DNA of 64,000 nucleotides from Verrucomicrobiia bacterium (GCA_035776755.1 DASTWS010000014.1:2405-66404), one strand, 5' to 3'; shown: positions 43,212 through 53,839, counted from the stretch's first letter. Made by a program: numbers and translations. Notes: a model not told the origin generated them from the sequence alone.

Positions 43212-45797
43212 TTATGGATGCACGAGCCGGAAGAAAACCGTGGCATTGGTAGAACCCGCTGGCCAGGCAATTTGATTGGTATTATCCGAGCCGGCAATCG
43301 TCGTCCAATTTGAGCCCAGGCCCGAATTCAAGGAATTCGTTTGTGCCTGCAACAACCAGCCGGTGTGATCTGCCGGCCATTTCAATGAAAGTTGTCCGGT
43401 GCTGACGACGTAGTTCAAATTGGTGATCACGCTGGAAGTGGGTCGTGCGCTGACCTCCTGTGAGGCCGGGCCTTCGGCGGCTCCGTTGGTGGCGGTGACC
43501 GTAAAATAATAGAGGACTCCATTGGTCAGGCCAGTGCTGGTAAAGGTCAAATCGCTGGCGTTTAAACCAATCAGCTGATACGGCCCGCCATTCGTAGTCG
43601 ATTGACGGATGTCATAACCTGTCGCGCCGGAAATTGAATTCCAGTCCAATGTAATTTGTCCATCTCCGCCCGTGGCAGTCAGCGACGCCGGCGCATTCGT
43701 CGGAGCCCCGTATTCCAGATCAAGGTAATCGTAAAAGACGTAACTCACGGTGGCCGCCGTGCCGCGGCGTTGCACGAGAGTGATGGTGTTGGTTCCGTTC
43801 ACGAATTTGCCGACCGGGATTGCCGTATGATCAATTCCATATTTATCGTGGATGCCCTGGCGCACAAGCGAATCTGCGTTCACACCGTTGGGAAACGGAA
43901 TGTTCGGATAAAAGTCGCGGAAATAACTTCCGGTCATATTCGGATCGTTGACCCACATCCGGATCGCCGCGCTGTAAGTTCCGGCCCAGACCGTGTTCAG
44001 CGTCACATTCCCGCTGGCCGGAAGGTTTGTCAGAACAAATTGGACTGTCCAAACCATGTTATTCGCGACACCGTTTGTCCAATATGCGCCTTGCACATAA
44101 TTCCAGTCTGTCCAACTGTTCGCGCCAATGGTGTAAGTCATTGGATTCGAAAATTCATCTGAAAAACCGATCCACAAACCGGGAATGGAATAATCATCGC
44201 CGTGCCGGAATTCCGCTGCGGTTCTGTCCGGGTAACCGATTTCCCAGGCAATCTTCGCGCCCTTATGCGGCACGTTCCATGTCAGGGTGCCGAGATTGGT
44301 CACTGCGCCCGGCGCAAATGTAAACGGTCCGGTTTGAAATTGGCCAACGCTGCCGTTGGTGCCGGCGCAATAGGCGTAAAGTTCATAAGTGGCATTCGTG
44401 CCATAAGGCGAAAACGTCGTCACCGGCGGCAGCGTAAAATTCCCATCGGCATCACATTGCGTCCAAAATTGATAACCATCGGATTGCCATTGCCAGTCGT
44501 TCGGATCGTTTTCGAGATTGGCATCCGGCGCGGCCAAACCCACCCATGCGCCGGCGGCATTTGCCTGGGGACGCAGCGGGTCGTTGATGACCAGTTTACC
44601 GCTAACGGTCGCGCGTTGATTTTTTGATTGATAGAAACTGTTCGTCAGCCACGCATACGGCCACGCCTGAACTTCAGCCGTCACCTGCGCCTGCGCGTCC
44701 TGCCAGCAGGCGTAACCGTTGGTCTGGCTGTTGATGTAAAAGAGCCATGGGCCATAGACTTTGTAAAAATCCTCATTTGTGGAAACGGTCAATCCTGTGT
44801 TGCCGTAATGCGCGATGAGCGGTTCGAAGGTGATGAGACCGCCGATGCCGCCGGAATATTCACACGCAGTAGGGCCGTTGTTTTGATATTCGTGACCGCC
44901 GGCGACATACCACAAACCGATTTTATTTGTGTCGCTCGCCATGCCGAACGTGCCCAGCTTGGGATAATCAAATGTGTAGGAATATTTTCCGTTCGTGCTG
45001 CCGGCAAAAACGCCGGTGGTGTATTGAATGACTTCTTTCGGGATATTGATATTTGTCACGGCGATGGTGTGCCAATTATCATAAAAATCCGGCTGCAAAC
45101 CGTAACGCTTCTGGTAAACCCCGCCGATGTTCAATCCATAGCGCACGCCGTCGTCCACGTATGAATTCTCACAAAGGAAATTCGTATTGTCATGCGCCGT
45201 GGGCCATAAGACCTGAATAAAACTGATGTTCAGATTGGTTGCCCAATTCAAATAATTCGCCGGATGCCGCACAACGAGATACGCGTAAAGGCCGGTGTTT
45301 CCTTTGCCAAGCAGGTAATGCAGTTCAATGTCCGCCACAACTTTGTCCGACGCCGGGTTAAAGCGGCGATAATACACAATGTCAATGTTCGTGCTGCCGG
45401 CAACCGTATTGGAGTAGAAGCAATCGCCGTTTCCGTCGGGATACCAGTAATAATAAATCGCCGTGTGATTTCCGAAATTCACGCCGGATTGGCTGACGGT
45501 TTGGACGCCGTTGGCCGACGGTGTGCCGGATGAACCGGGCTTGAGATATTTAATAGAATCCACGCTGCCGGCGGAAGTGATATCCACATGGAGAATTCCA
45601 TTGTCGAGATAGTGGTCAGTATGACCATTGTAAGTTTCTGTTCCAGTCGTGACCGGCGTTGTCACCAACGTCGTGAATCCACCGGCATTATTGGCTTCGG
45701 AACGATTCAGCAACGCCAATACGAGTAACAGCGTCGGCAATAATATCCGCCGTCCGGGATACACGCCGGCGTAAAATGAGTGAGCTGATAAAGTCAT
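43212..45797 (-). CDS. Rhamnogalacturonan lyase, polysaccharide lyase family 4, with Fn3 and conserved 60-aa C-terminal module
   Basis: 861 aa. It is collinear with my recollection of plant/fungal PL4 RG lyases: LDNGILHVDITSAG, YKVYGPWLFYINS, QAWPYAW, GAWVGLAAPD, DGYQFWTQCDADGNF, IAWEIGYPDRTAAEF, RQGIHDKYG...YVFYDYLDLE. Then comes an Fn3 (LDWNSISGATGYDIRQSTTNGGPY...YYFTVTATN). The protein ends QLSLKWPADHTGWLLQAQTN...TVFFRLVHP. Confidence 0.85.
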   Translation of the reverse strand: MTLSAHSFYAGVYPGRRILLPTLLLVLALLNRSEANNAGGFTTLVTTPVTTGTETYNGHTDHYLDNGILHVDITSAGSVDSIKYLKPGSSGTPSANGVQTVSQSGVNFGNHTAIYYYWYPDGNGDCFYSNTVAGSTNIDIVYYRRFNPASDKVVADIELHYLLGKGNTGLYAYLVVRHPANYLNWATNLNISFIQVLWPTAHDNTNFLCENSYVDDGVRYGLNIGGVYQKRYGLQPDFYDNWHTIAVTNINIPKEVIQYTTGVFAGSTNGKYSYTFDYPKLGTFGMASDTNKIGLWYVAGGHEYQNNGPTACEYSGGIGGLITFEPLIAHYGNTGLTVSTNEDFYKVYGPWLFYINSQTNGYACWQDAQAQVTAEVQAWPYAWLTNSFYQSKNQRATVSGKLVINDPLRPQANAAGAWVGLAAPDANLENDPNDWQWQSDGYQFWTQCDADGNFTLPPVTTFSPYGTNATYELYAYCAGTNGSVGQFQTGPFTFAPGAVTNLGTLTWNVPHKGAKIAWEIGYPDRTAAEFRHGDDYSIPGLWIGFSDEFSNPMTYTIGANSWTDWNYVQGAYWTNGVANNMVWTVQFVLTNLPASGNVTLNTVWAGTYSAAIRMWVNDPNMTGSYFRDFYPNIPFPNGVNADSLVRQGIHDKYGIDHTAIPVGKFVNGTNTITLVQRRGTAATVSYVFYDYLDLEYGAPTNAPASLTATGGDGQITLDWNSISGATGYDIRQSTTNGGPYQLIGLNASDLTFTSTGLTNGVLYYFTVTATNGAAEGPASQEVSARPTSSVITNLNYVVSTGQLSLKWPADHTGWLLQAQTNSLNSGLGSNWTTIAGSDNTNQIAWPAGSTNATVFFRLVHP

Positions 45798-45848
45798 GGA
45801 TTTTCCATAACTTACATCAGCCCCAAAAATCCAACTATCAACAAAAGT

Positions 45849-45874
45849 GGTTACGAAAATTATTTTCCGTAACC
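45849..45874. promoter_or_regulatory. 26-nt near-perfect palindrome upstream of the PL4 lyase gene (candidate operator)
   Basis: GGTTACG-AAAAT-T-ATTTT-C-CGTAACC, 52 nt upstream of ATG 45797. Confidence 0.35.
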
Positions 45875-46101
45875 CAGCGTGTTTGCCTCGCGTCGCAGGT
45901 CATGGCACTGTCACGCTTAAATTATCCACGGCAAAATGTTCGCCGCTTCCGCCGATATAGGTGTCGTTCGGCGTCCCACCGGATGACATAAATTCCACGG
46001 ATGTCACGATCGCTTTGGGAAAGCGGATCAACGTCGGCGAAGTTGAACTCAACGTGTAGGTTTTATCATACACCGTGCGGCGGAATTGCCGCGGCCGGAA
46101 A

Positions 46102-47841
46102 TCACTCAAGGTCAATGTCCTCGATCTCCAGAAATCCATGAAGCTGGCGGATGCGCGTGGGATGACGCATCTTGCGCAACGCTTTCGCTTCGATCTGGCG
46201 AATCCGTTCGCGCGTGACTTTGAATTGGCTGCCCACTTCTTCAAGCGTGCGGGCACACCCATCGCCCAGGCCGAAACGCAATTCCAAAACTTTGCGCTCG
46301 CGCTCGTTCAAGCTGCACAACACGTCGCCAAGCCGGTCCTTAAGCAAACTGAAACTGGTCAAATCCATCGGGTTTTCCGCGCCTTTGTCTTCGATAAAAT
46401 CGCCGAAGTTCGCATCATCCGCATCGCCCACCGGCGATTGCAGCGAGATCGGCTGCTGCGCCATCCGCAAAATGCCGCGCACGCGCTCGACTGGCAATTG
46501 CATGTCCTCCGCAATTTCCTCCGGCGTCGGTTCGCGCCCGAAATCCTGCAACAATCGCTTCTGTGAACGCATCAATTTGTTGATGATTTCGATCATGTGC
46601 ACCGGAATGCGGATCGTTCGCGCCTGGTCAGCGATGCTGCGCGTGATGGCCTGGCGGATCCACCACGTCGCATAAGTCGAAAATTTATAGCCGCGGCGAT
46701 ACTCAAATTTCTCCACCGCTTTCATCAGTCCCATGTTGCCTTCCTGGATCAAATCCAAAAACGAAAGCCCGCGGTTTGTGTATTTTTTCGCGATAGAAAT
46801 GACGAGCCGCAAATTCGCTTCGACCATTTCCGTCTTGGCCTGCACGGCGTCGCCGGTGAATTTGCGCAATAACTCGAACGCCTGCAGATATTCCTCATAA
46901 GGCATCCGCACAAATTCCTCCAACGCCCGGATCTTATGCTGTTCGGCTTCGACCAGATGCTGTTGCGCGCTGGATTCGCGCTGCGTTTCTGCTTCGGTCA
47001 GCGCGCGCAAGCTGTATTGCAATTTGTCGTGGATATTTTCGGCCACCAGCGCCATTTCTTCGACGACCTTTTGCTTGAAAGCGAATTTTTGAAACAGCGC
47101 CTGCAATTTTTTATCCGCCTTTTTGAAAGCCTCGCGTTCCGCTATGCCATCACCCAGCAATTGTGCTGTGCGCCATTCGGTGTATTTCTGGTCCACTTCA
47201 GCGTCCAGCGCGCGCACATGCTCAGTCAATTTGCGCAATTCCTTGATGTGCTCTTCCCGCTGGTCCACTTTATTTTCCAGGACGACGCGATCAAAACGTT
47301 CGCGCGGCGGGTCGGACAACAATTTTTCCGCCAGCGCGATGTGTTCCTTGCCGGCGAATCCGAGACCGTAAACAATCCGCGCAACTTCGTTTTCCGCGTC
47401 TTCGATGCGTTTTGAAATTTCCACTTCCTGCTCGCGCGTGAGCAATGCGACGCGGCCCATCTGCTTCAAATACATCCGCACCGGATCATCCAGCATGTCC
47501 AGCCGGTTCGAATCCTCTTCTTCGGCGTCAGCGGCCTTGACATTTTCCACGTCCGCCTGGTCAACGACTTCGATTTCCAACGTCCGCAATTTGGCAAACA
47601 CTTCGTCCAGGATCTCGATGGATGATTCAGTCTCGGGAATGATTTCACTGATGTCGCTGTAGGTGACATGGCCCTGCTCCTGCGCCACGCGGACCAGCTC
47701 TTTGATTTTTTCAGCAAGGGTCATTTCGCGCGCCGGCCCGGCCTCATGCGCGACCGCGCCGTTTTGCGCGACTGCTTCGGAAATTTTTTTCTCCTGTTTG
47801 CGATCTTTCGTTTCGGATTTGCAGACCTTCGATTTTGACAT
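46102..47841 (-). CDS. rpoD: RNA polymerase primary sigma factor (sigma-70)
   Basis: The ORF track gives 46102..47979. The likely start is ATG 47839-47841 ([15 protein letters not shown]...). Regions 1.2-4.2 are present: [63 protein letters not shown] and [30 protein letters not shown]. Confidence 0.93.
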   Translation of the reverse strand: MSKSKVCKSETKDRKQEKKISEAVAQNGAVAHEAGPAREMTLAEKIKELVRVAQEQGHVTYSDISEIIPETESSIEILDEVFAKLRTLEIEVVDQADVENVKAADAEEEDSNRLDMLDDPVRMYLKQMGRVALLTREQEVEISKRIEDAENEVARIVYGLGFAGKEHIALAEKLLSDPPRERFDRVVLENKVDQREEHIKELRKLTEHVRALDAEVDQKYTEWRTAQLLGDGIAEREAFKKADKKLQALFQKFAFKQKVVEEMALVAENIHDKLQYSLRALTEAETQRESSAQQHLVEAEQHKIRALEEFVRMPYEEYLQAFELLRKFTGDAVQAKTEMVEANLRLVISIAKKYTNRGLSFLDLIQEGNMGLMKAVEKFEYRRGYKFSTYATWWIRQAITRSIADQARTIRIPVHMIEIINKLMRSQKRLLQDFGREPTPEEIAEDMQLPVERVRGILRMAQQPISLQSPVGDADDANFGDFIEDKGAENPMDLTSFSLLKDRLGDVLCSLNERERKVLELRFGLGDGCARTLEEVGSQFKVTRERIRQIEAKALRKMRHPTRIRQLHGFLEIEDIDLE

Positions 47842-48003
47842 ACGGCACAACTTAACTTTCCGCCACGCACAACAAATGCGCAAACGAAGAGTGAGCGGGA
47901 ATATGAAAAGCCACGCAGGCTTCGTCAAGCAGCGAAACAAAAAATTTTCTGGAAATTTCGCGCGCAAAACGATTGCCATCCGCGCGAAGAATTTTTTCGC
48001 GGA

Positions 48004-49389
48004 TCATTTCTTCGGCGCGATGTAAATGCCTTGCGGTTTCAAATGCTCGAGAATCATCTCCGCCGTGCGCTCCACCGCGCCAAGATTTTCCGCCACAACC
48101 TCGAGCGCATGCCGTCCCAGTTCGGCACGCCGCGATTTATCGGACAGCAATTCGCCGATCGTTTTTTCCAATTCCTCCGGGCTGTGCACTTGGACCGCCG
48201 CGCCGTGGCGCAAAAAACTTTTGGTGATGTCCGCGAAATTCTGCATGTTTGGCCCGAACACAATCGCCTTGCCCAGCGCGCCGGGTTCAATCGGATTTTG
48301 CCCGCCGATAGCCGTCATGCTTTTGCCGACAAATACGACGGAAGCGTATTCATAGAAAAACCGCAACTCACCGGTCGTGTTGACCAGCAGGCAATCCAGA
48401 TCGGCTTTGTCGTTTTGCGAATTTTCAGTCGAAAATCGCGTTCCGACCAAGGTTGATAATTTATCATCATTGCCGTGATTCACGTCCAATTCCGTGCGAT
48501 AAACAAATTTGAGGCCGGCTTGTTTCAATTTTTGTCCAATCTCGCGGCAACGTTCAAAATGTCGCGGCACGAGAATCAAAAACAAATCCGGAAATTGCGC
48601 GCGCAATCGTCGGGCAATCCCGGCAAACATCATTTCTTCGCCATCGTGCGTGCTGCCGCAAACCAAAATGGGCGCGCTTTCGGCAACGCCAATTTTTTTC
48701 AGCAATGCTGGAACGTCCAGCGTCCGGCGTTCATCCAGTTTCGACGCGTCAAATTTCAGATTGCCGACAATGCGAACGGCATCGGGACGACAACCGACCT
48801 CGAGGAGGCGTTCCGCGTCTTCTTTGTTTTGCGCGCCAACGCCGGAAAACGCGGCGAACAATGGCCGAAAAAGAAATCGAAATCGTTTGTAGCGTGGAAA
48901 CGAGCGGTCGGACAAACGCGCATTCGCTAAAAACAACGGGATGCCGAGCTTTTGTGCGCGCCAGATGAAATTCGGCCAGATTTCGGCTTCAACGAGCACG
49001 ACCGCGAGCGGATTGATGACGCCGAACGCGCGGGCCACAAATTTCGCGCGATCAATCGGGTAATAAATTTTGCTGACGTGCGAGGGCAGCCGCCGTTTCA
49101 ATTCACCCATTCCCGTGGTGGTGGTGGTGGAGACGACGAATTTGACGTTGGGCACGCGCGGTTCAAGCGCGCGAATGATTTGGGTGCAGAGGTTGACTTC
49201 GCCGACGCTCACCGCGTGGATCCAGACGATGTGGCGATTGGTCAATGCCTGTTTGAGGTCGGGGCTGTAACGGGCGAAACGTTCGCCAAATCCGGTTTGC
49301 CAGTTGCCACGCCGCCGCAATCGCCAGAAATAATATGGCGACGCCAGCATGAAGAAAATGATGAATAAAATGTTGTAAATCGTTCGCAC
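48004..49389 (-). CDS. waaA: 3-deoxy-D-manno-octulosonic acid (Kdo) transferase
   Basis: Collinear with E. coli WaaA as recalled: WIHAVSVGEV, FVVSTTTTTG, VLVEAEIWPNFI, IPLFLANARLS, ILVPRHFERC, GELRFFYEYASVVFVGKS..GGQNPIEP. Confidence 0.9.
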   Translation of the reverse strand: MRTIYNILFIIFFMLASPYYFWRLRRRGNWQTGFGERFARYSPDLKQALTNRHIVWIHAVSVGEVNLCTQIIRALEPRVPNVKFVVSTTTTTGMGELKRRLPSHVSKIYYPIDRAKFVARAFGVINPLAVVLVEAEIWPNFIWRAQKLGIPLFLANARLSDRSFPRYKRFRFLFRPLFAAFSGVGAQNKEDAERLLEVGCRPDAVRIVGNLKFDASKLDERRTLDVPALLKKIGVAESAPILVCGSTHDGEEMMFAGIARRLRAQFPDLFLILVPRHFERCREIGQKLKQAGLKFVYRTELDVNHGNDDKLSTLVGTRFSTENSQNDKADLDCLLVNTTGELRFFYEYASVVFVGKSMTAIGGQNPIEPGALGKAIVFGPNMQNFADITKSFLRHGAAVQVHSPEELEKTIGELLSDKSRRAELGRHALEVVAENLGAVERTAEMILEHLKPQGIYIAPKK

Positions 49390-49512
49390 TTCAGAGCAAA
49401 AGCCGTTGGATGAGATGAACTCGCCCGCGAAAATGTTTCAGAATTGTCACCGCATTTCAACGATGAATTGTTTTGTCTTTACAAAAACGCCGCGCCTTGC
49501 AGAAATAGCTCC

Positions 49513-50850
49513 ATGCCAGCGGGTTCAACCGCTTCCACTGCTTCGCTGCATCGCGCGAATTTTTTTTTCGCGACGGCGATTTTTCTGACCTTCTGTTTTT
49601 CTCCGTCGTCGGCATCCGGTTCTCAAACCAATCTGGAACAGGAAGTGCAGGAATTGCGGCAGGAAAATGCAGCGCTCAAACAACAGGTGCAGCAACAGGG
49701 CGCGGCGCTCGAGGCGTTGACGAAAAAAGTTGGACAACTGGAAGCGGCCAGTCCCGGAAATGAACCAGCAGCGGAACAAAACGATTTGCCCGTCAGAGGC
49801 GGCTATAATTTTGGAAAAGTCAATTTAAGCGGTGAAGGCGGCGTGGCATTTTTCAATACGGGCAGCGAAGGCTTTGCGCCGCATTCCGAATTCCGTGTGG
49901 ACGAGGCGCGCCTGTTCGCCGATGCCGAAATCTGGAAGGACGTTTACTTTTTTGGCGAAGCCGATTTCGCCACGCGCGAGAATGACAATTTGAATTTGCA
50001 GGTCGGCGAATTGTATCTGGATTTTGAGGACGTTTCACAGCTCTGGGGTCGCGACGGACAATTGAATATCCGCGCGGGACGCCTGAACGTGCCGTTCGGC
50101 GAGGAATACATGACGCGCAATGTGATTGATAATCCTTTGATCTCGCGGTCGTTGTCGGATCTCTGGGGATTTGATCCGGGCGTGGAACTTTACGGCGCGT
50201 TGGGAAAATTCAATTACGTTGTGGCCGTGCAAAATAGCAGCGGCAAAAATGGCGTGCAGGATTTCGACGGCGACAAATCGGTGGCTGGAAGAATCAGCTT
50301 TGATCCCAATCGCTGGCTGCATTTCAGCATCAGCGGAATGCGGACCGGCGATGTGAATGCGCAACAGGATTTTATCACCGGTGAATGGTTTGCCACCGGT
50401 TTTTTTCATTCGCTCGGGTCGCCGGCGACGACGACCTTTCACGTCGATCTGGTGGAAGGCGATGTAGCCGTGCGCTGGAACAACGGATATGCAAAAGCTT
50501 TCGGCGGTTATGGGCGTTACGGCGATAACGACCCGGGCGGAAATAACGGTCGCGACATTTTCTATTATTCCGTCGAAGGAGTGCAAAACCTTCCGGCCAA
50601 GTTTTTTGTCGCGGCGCGTTTCAGCCAAATTTTATCCGACCATGGCATCAACGTCGTCGGCTATGGCAACGGCTATTTTTTCGGGCCGCTCACGACGGAT
50701 ATCTGGCGCTTGAGCCTCGGCGGCGGCTACCGTTTCAGCGACCGGTTAATTCTAAAAGTTGAATATTCGCTCGAACGGGGAAATGAAGTTGGCGGCGGAA
50801 CGCGCGACAATGAAGATTTCTTTGGCACGGAAGCTGCCTTCAGATTCTAA
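49513..50850 (+). CDS. Putative outer-membrane beta-barrel porin with N-terminal coiled coil
   Basis: The ORF track starts at 49444. M24 (49513) gives a signal-like FFFATAIFLTFCFSPSSASG. A coiled coil follows (LEQEVQELRQENAALKQQVQQQGAALEALTKKVGQLE). The rest shows alternating beta-strand pattern and ends with aromatic ...EAAFRF. Confidence 0.5.
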   Translation: MPAGSTASTASLHRANFFFATAIFLTFCFSPSSASGSQTNLEQEVQELRQENAALKQQVQQQGAALEALTKKVGQLEAASPGNEPAAEQNDLPVRGGYNFGKVNLSGEGGVAFFNTGSEGFAPHSEFRVDEARLFADAEIWKDVYFFGEADFATRENDNLNLQVGELYLDFEDVSQLWGRDGQLNIRAGRLNVPFGEEYMTRNVIDNPLISRSLSDLWGFDPGVELYGALGKFNYVVAVQNSSGKNGVQDFDGDKSVAGRISFDPNRWLHFSISGMRTGDVNAQQDFITGEWFATGFFHSLGSPATTTFHVDLVEGDVAVRWNNGYAKAFGGYGRYGDNDPGGNNGRDIFYYSVEGVQNLPAKFFVAARFSQILSDHGINVVGYGNGYFFGPLTTDIWRLSLGGGYRFSDRLILKVEYSLERGNEVGGGTRDNEDFFGTEAAFRF

Positions 50851-50897
50851 AGTATGACGGGAACTTTTTCGTTAACCATTCATCCTAAATTGATTTC

Positions 50898-51584
50898 ATG
50901 AAGATTTTAATTGCCATGCTTTGCCTGCAATTTTGTTCCGCGGCATTTGCCGGGACAATCGTCGGCACCGTCCGCGCCGAACCGAAATCGGGCGTGGAAA
51001 AGGAAACGTCTGGCGGCGAATATTCACAATTGAAATATCGGCATCTCGAAACGGTGGATTACTCCGCGATGCATGATTTCGTGGTTTATATTGATGATCT
51101 GAATGTGACCAATTTGCCGGCGACCAACGTGATGGAAGTGGCCACGATGAAAGTCGCGCAAAAATCCGCCATTTTTTCACCGCACGTCCTGCCAATCGTG
51201 GCCGGCACAACCGTTGAATGGCCGAATTACGACGACATTTATCACAACGTCTTTTCGATGTCGGATGCCAAGTCGTTTGACCTCGGCCTTTACAAGGGCA
51301 ACCCGACCAATAAATGGGTGACATTTAATCACGTCGGCCGCGTGGATGTTTTCTGTTCAATCCACGCCAACATGCATTGCATCGTCCTGGTTTTGCCCAA
51401 TCCGTATTTCGCCTCGACCGATGCCAGCGGCCATTACGCCATCACCAACGTTCCGCCCGGAAAATATAAATTGAAAGCGTGGCACGAGCGATTGCCCGCA
51501 GACACGAAAAAAATCGTCGTGCCGACAAACGGCGACGTGCGGGCGGATTTCACGCTCACGATCAAAAATCTCCCGAAATATTGA
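50898..51584 (+). CDS. Secreted cupredoxin-like protein (amicyanin-type C-x2-H-x2-M loop) fused to a carboxypeptidase-regulatory-like domain
   Basis: Signal peptide MKILIAMLCLQFCSAAFA. Candidate type-1 Cu ligands are YHNVF ... FCSIHANMH. The C-terminal DASGHYAITNVPPGKYKLKAWHE is CarboxypepD_reg-like. Confidence 0.55.
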   Translation: MKILIAMLCLQFCSAAFAGTIVGTVRAEPKSGVEKETSGGEYSQLKYRHLETVDYSAMHDFVVYIDDLNVTNLPATNVMEVATMKVAQKSAIFSPHVLPIVAGTTVEWPNYDDIYHNVFSMSDAKSFDLGLYKGNPTNKWVTFNHVGRVDVFCSIHANMHCIVLVLPNPYFASTDASGHYAITNVPPGKYKLKAWHERLPADTKKIVVPTNGDVRADFTLTIKNLPKY

Positions 51585-51586
51585 AA

Positions 51587-53839
51587 ATGAATTCGCGCCG
51601 GACATTTTCCAACGCAGGTTTCCGCACGAAGGTTCTTGTGCCGATGGTTGCCGTCATGGCGTTGTCGGTGGCCGTTTCCATGGGGTTGATCAATCGCCGG
51701 GTCAAAGAGCAAATCCGCGCCGATGCCGCCGAACAATTGAACACCGCCGAATCGGTTTTGAAAGTGACGCAGCAACATCGCGACGATGAGCTGCTGTTGC
51801 GTTACCGCAATGTCGTGAATGAACCGCGCGTCAAAGCATGGGCAACGTCCGAGATTTTCAGTTCCGGCCGCGTTCAATCCGGTTTGGAACAAAATACCCT
51901 GCTCAATTTTTTGCAATATCTCGTCCAGGAAGGCCTTTGCGATTCCGTGATGCTGACACCCGCCGCCGGAAAACCGCTGATCGTCGCGCGCGATTCCCAA
52001 TTTGATAAAGCCGGCTTTGAAATGAGCTGCTCCAATTCGATCGAAAAAGCATTTCAAAATCAATCCGCCGTGGGGACGATCCGGAACGGAGACAGTCTCT
52101 TTGATATTGTCACCATTCCCATCCTCGTCGGCGATACCAATTCCGTTCTTGGCACGTTCACTTTTGGCGTCGAAAACACTTTGCCGCAGGAATTTTTCAA
52201 ACTGACGCAAAGCGAGCTGGCGCTTTTCTCCGGCGGACAAGTCGTGGACTCAACATTCCGCAATTTCAGCCTGACCAAACCGTTGCCGGAACAATTCACT
52301 CAAATGATCGGAAGCCCAAATAACAACGAACGCGAAATCGTTTTGAACGGCGACCGGTTTCTCTGTCACGCCGGCTGGCTCAACGATCAATTGGGCTATT
52401 TGGTGCTCTTTTCGGATGAGAAACCGCTTCACGTCCTTCAATCAACGCAGCAAATGATTTTGTTGATCGGATTTGCCGCGGTCATTTTCGGCGCCATCGT
52501 CATTTGGTTTCTCATCAACAAAGCCACCCGGCCATTGCGCGAATTGCGCGATAGCGCCGAAGCAGTCGGTCGCGGCGATTTTTCGCGTCGCGTCGCCGTC
52601 CGCTCCAAAGATGAATGCGGCGAATTGGCTGTCGTCTTCAATCGCATGACGGAAAACCTGCAGCAATCCCGCGCTCAATTGGAAAAAACCGTCGAAACGC
52701 TCAAGACAACGCAGGAGCAATTGATCCAAAGCGAAAAACTTTCAGCCGTCGGCGAATTCGTCGCCGGCGTGGCGCATGAATTGAACAATCCCCTCACCGC
52801 CGTGATGGGATTTTCCGAGTTGCTCAAGAATACCGGCGCGGATGAAAAAAATCGCCGGTATCTCGACATGATTTTCAAATCAGCACAACGCTGCCAGAAA
52901 ATCGTCCAATCGCTTTTAAGTTTCGCGCGCCGGCATAAACCGGAACGCAAACCCGTCGTCATAAAAAACCTGGTCGAATCTGTCCTTGAAATCGTCGCCT
53001 ATCCGTTGCGCACCAGTAACGTTGAGCTGGCCACACATTTCGATTCGGCGCTGCCCGTGGTCATGGCCGACGAACATCAATTGCAGCAGGTATTGCTCAA
53101 CATCATCAATAACGCGCGCCAGGCGATTGAATCGCAACCGCCGTCCTCGGGCGGACAGATCAAAATCATCACCCAAATTTCCGGTCAGAACGCCCGCATC
53201 ACCATCCGGGACAATGGCCCGGGAATCTCCGAGGAAAATTTGCGCAAAATCTTCGACCCATTTTTCACCACCAAAGAAGTCGGTAAAGGCACAGGACTCG
53301 GACTGAGTTTGTGCTATGGCATCATCCGCGAGCATGGCGGATCCATCGTTCCTTCCAATGCCCCCGGCGGCGGTGCGCAATTCACGATCGAATTGCCGGC
53401 GATGCAAATACCGGCTGATAACGCCGAAAAACCGATCGTCAAAACGAACGGAAATGCTCGCGAAGGCGTTGGCAAAAAAGTGCTCGTGATTGATGACGAA
53501 GAAATCCTGCTTGAAATGCTGCGTGAAGAACTGGCCTGCGCCGGTTATACCGTGGACGTAGCCGCCGATGGAACAACGGCTCTGAAACAGATCGAGCAAA
53601 ATCATTACGATGCCCTGCTTTGCGATTGGAAGATGCCCGGGCTGAACGGCCGTGGCTTTTATGATGAATTGCGGGAAAAAAATTCAGGGCTCTGCCAGCG
53701 CGTCATTTTCGTCACCGGCGATGTCGTCAATGAACAGATGCGGCATTTTCTGGAACAGGAAAAACGTCCTTATCTGGCCAAGCCATTTTCTTTTGACGAA
53801 GTGCGGCAGGCCGTCAAATCGGTGGCGTTACCGGCTTGA
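51587..53839 (+). CDS. Hybrid sensor histidine kinase (periplasmic sensor + HAMP + HisKA + HATPase_c + REC)
   Basis: The ORF track starts at 51479 and overlaps the previous gene. ATG 51587 gives [28 protein letters not shown], a TM segment. HAMP is [22 protein letters not shown]. HisKA is [21 protein letters not shown]. HATPase is [32 protein letters not shown] is [15 protein letters not shown]...[12 protein letters not shown]. Confidence 0.85.
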   Translation: MNSRRTFSNAGFRTKVLVPMVAVMALSVAVSMGLINRRVKEQIRADAAEQLNTAESVLKVTQQHRDDELLLRYRNVVNEPRVKAWATSEIFSSGRVQSGLEQNTLLNFLQYLVQEGLCDSVMLTPAAGKPLIVARDSQFDKAGFEMSCSNSIEKAFQNQSAVGTIRNGDSLFDIVTIPILVGDTNSVLGTFTFGVENTLPQEFFKLTQSELALFSGGQVVDSTFRNFSLTKPLPEQFTQMIGSPNNNEREIVLNGDRFLCHAGWLNDQLGYLVLFSDEKPLHVLQSTQQMILLIGFAAVIFGAIVIWFLINKATRPLRELRDSAEAVGRGDFSRRVAVRSKDECGELAVVFNRMTENLQQSRAQLEKTVETLKTTQEQLIQSEKLSAVGEFVAGVAHELNNPLTAVMGFSELLKNTGADEKNRRYLDMIFKSAQRCQKIVQSLLSFARRHKPERKPVVIKNLVESVLEIVAYPLRTSNVELATHFDSALPVVMADEHQLQQVLLNIINNARQAIESQPPSSGGQIKIITQISGQNARITIRDNGPGISEENLRKIFDPFFTTKEVGKGTGLGLSLCYGIIREHGGSIVPSNAPGGGAQFTIELPAMQIPADNAEKPIVKTNGNAREGVGKKVLVIDDEEILLEMLREELACAGYTVDVAADGTTALKQIEQNHYDALLCDWKMPGLNGRGFYDELREKNSGLCQRVIFVTGDVVNEQMRHFLEQEKRPYLAKPFSFDEVRQAVKSVALPA

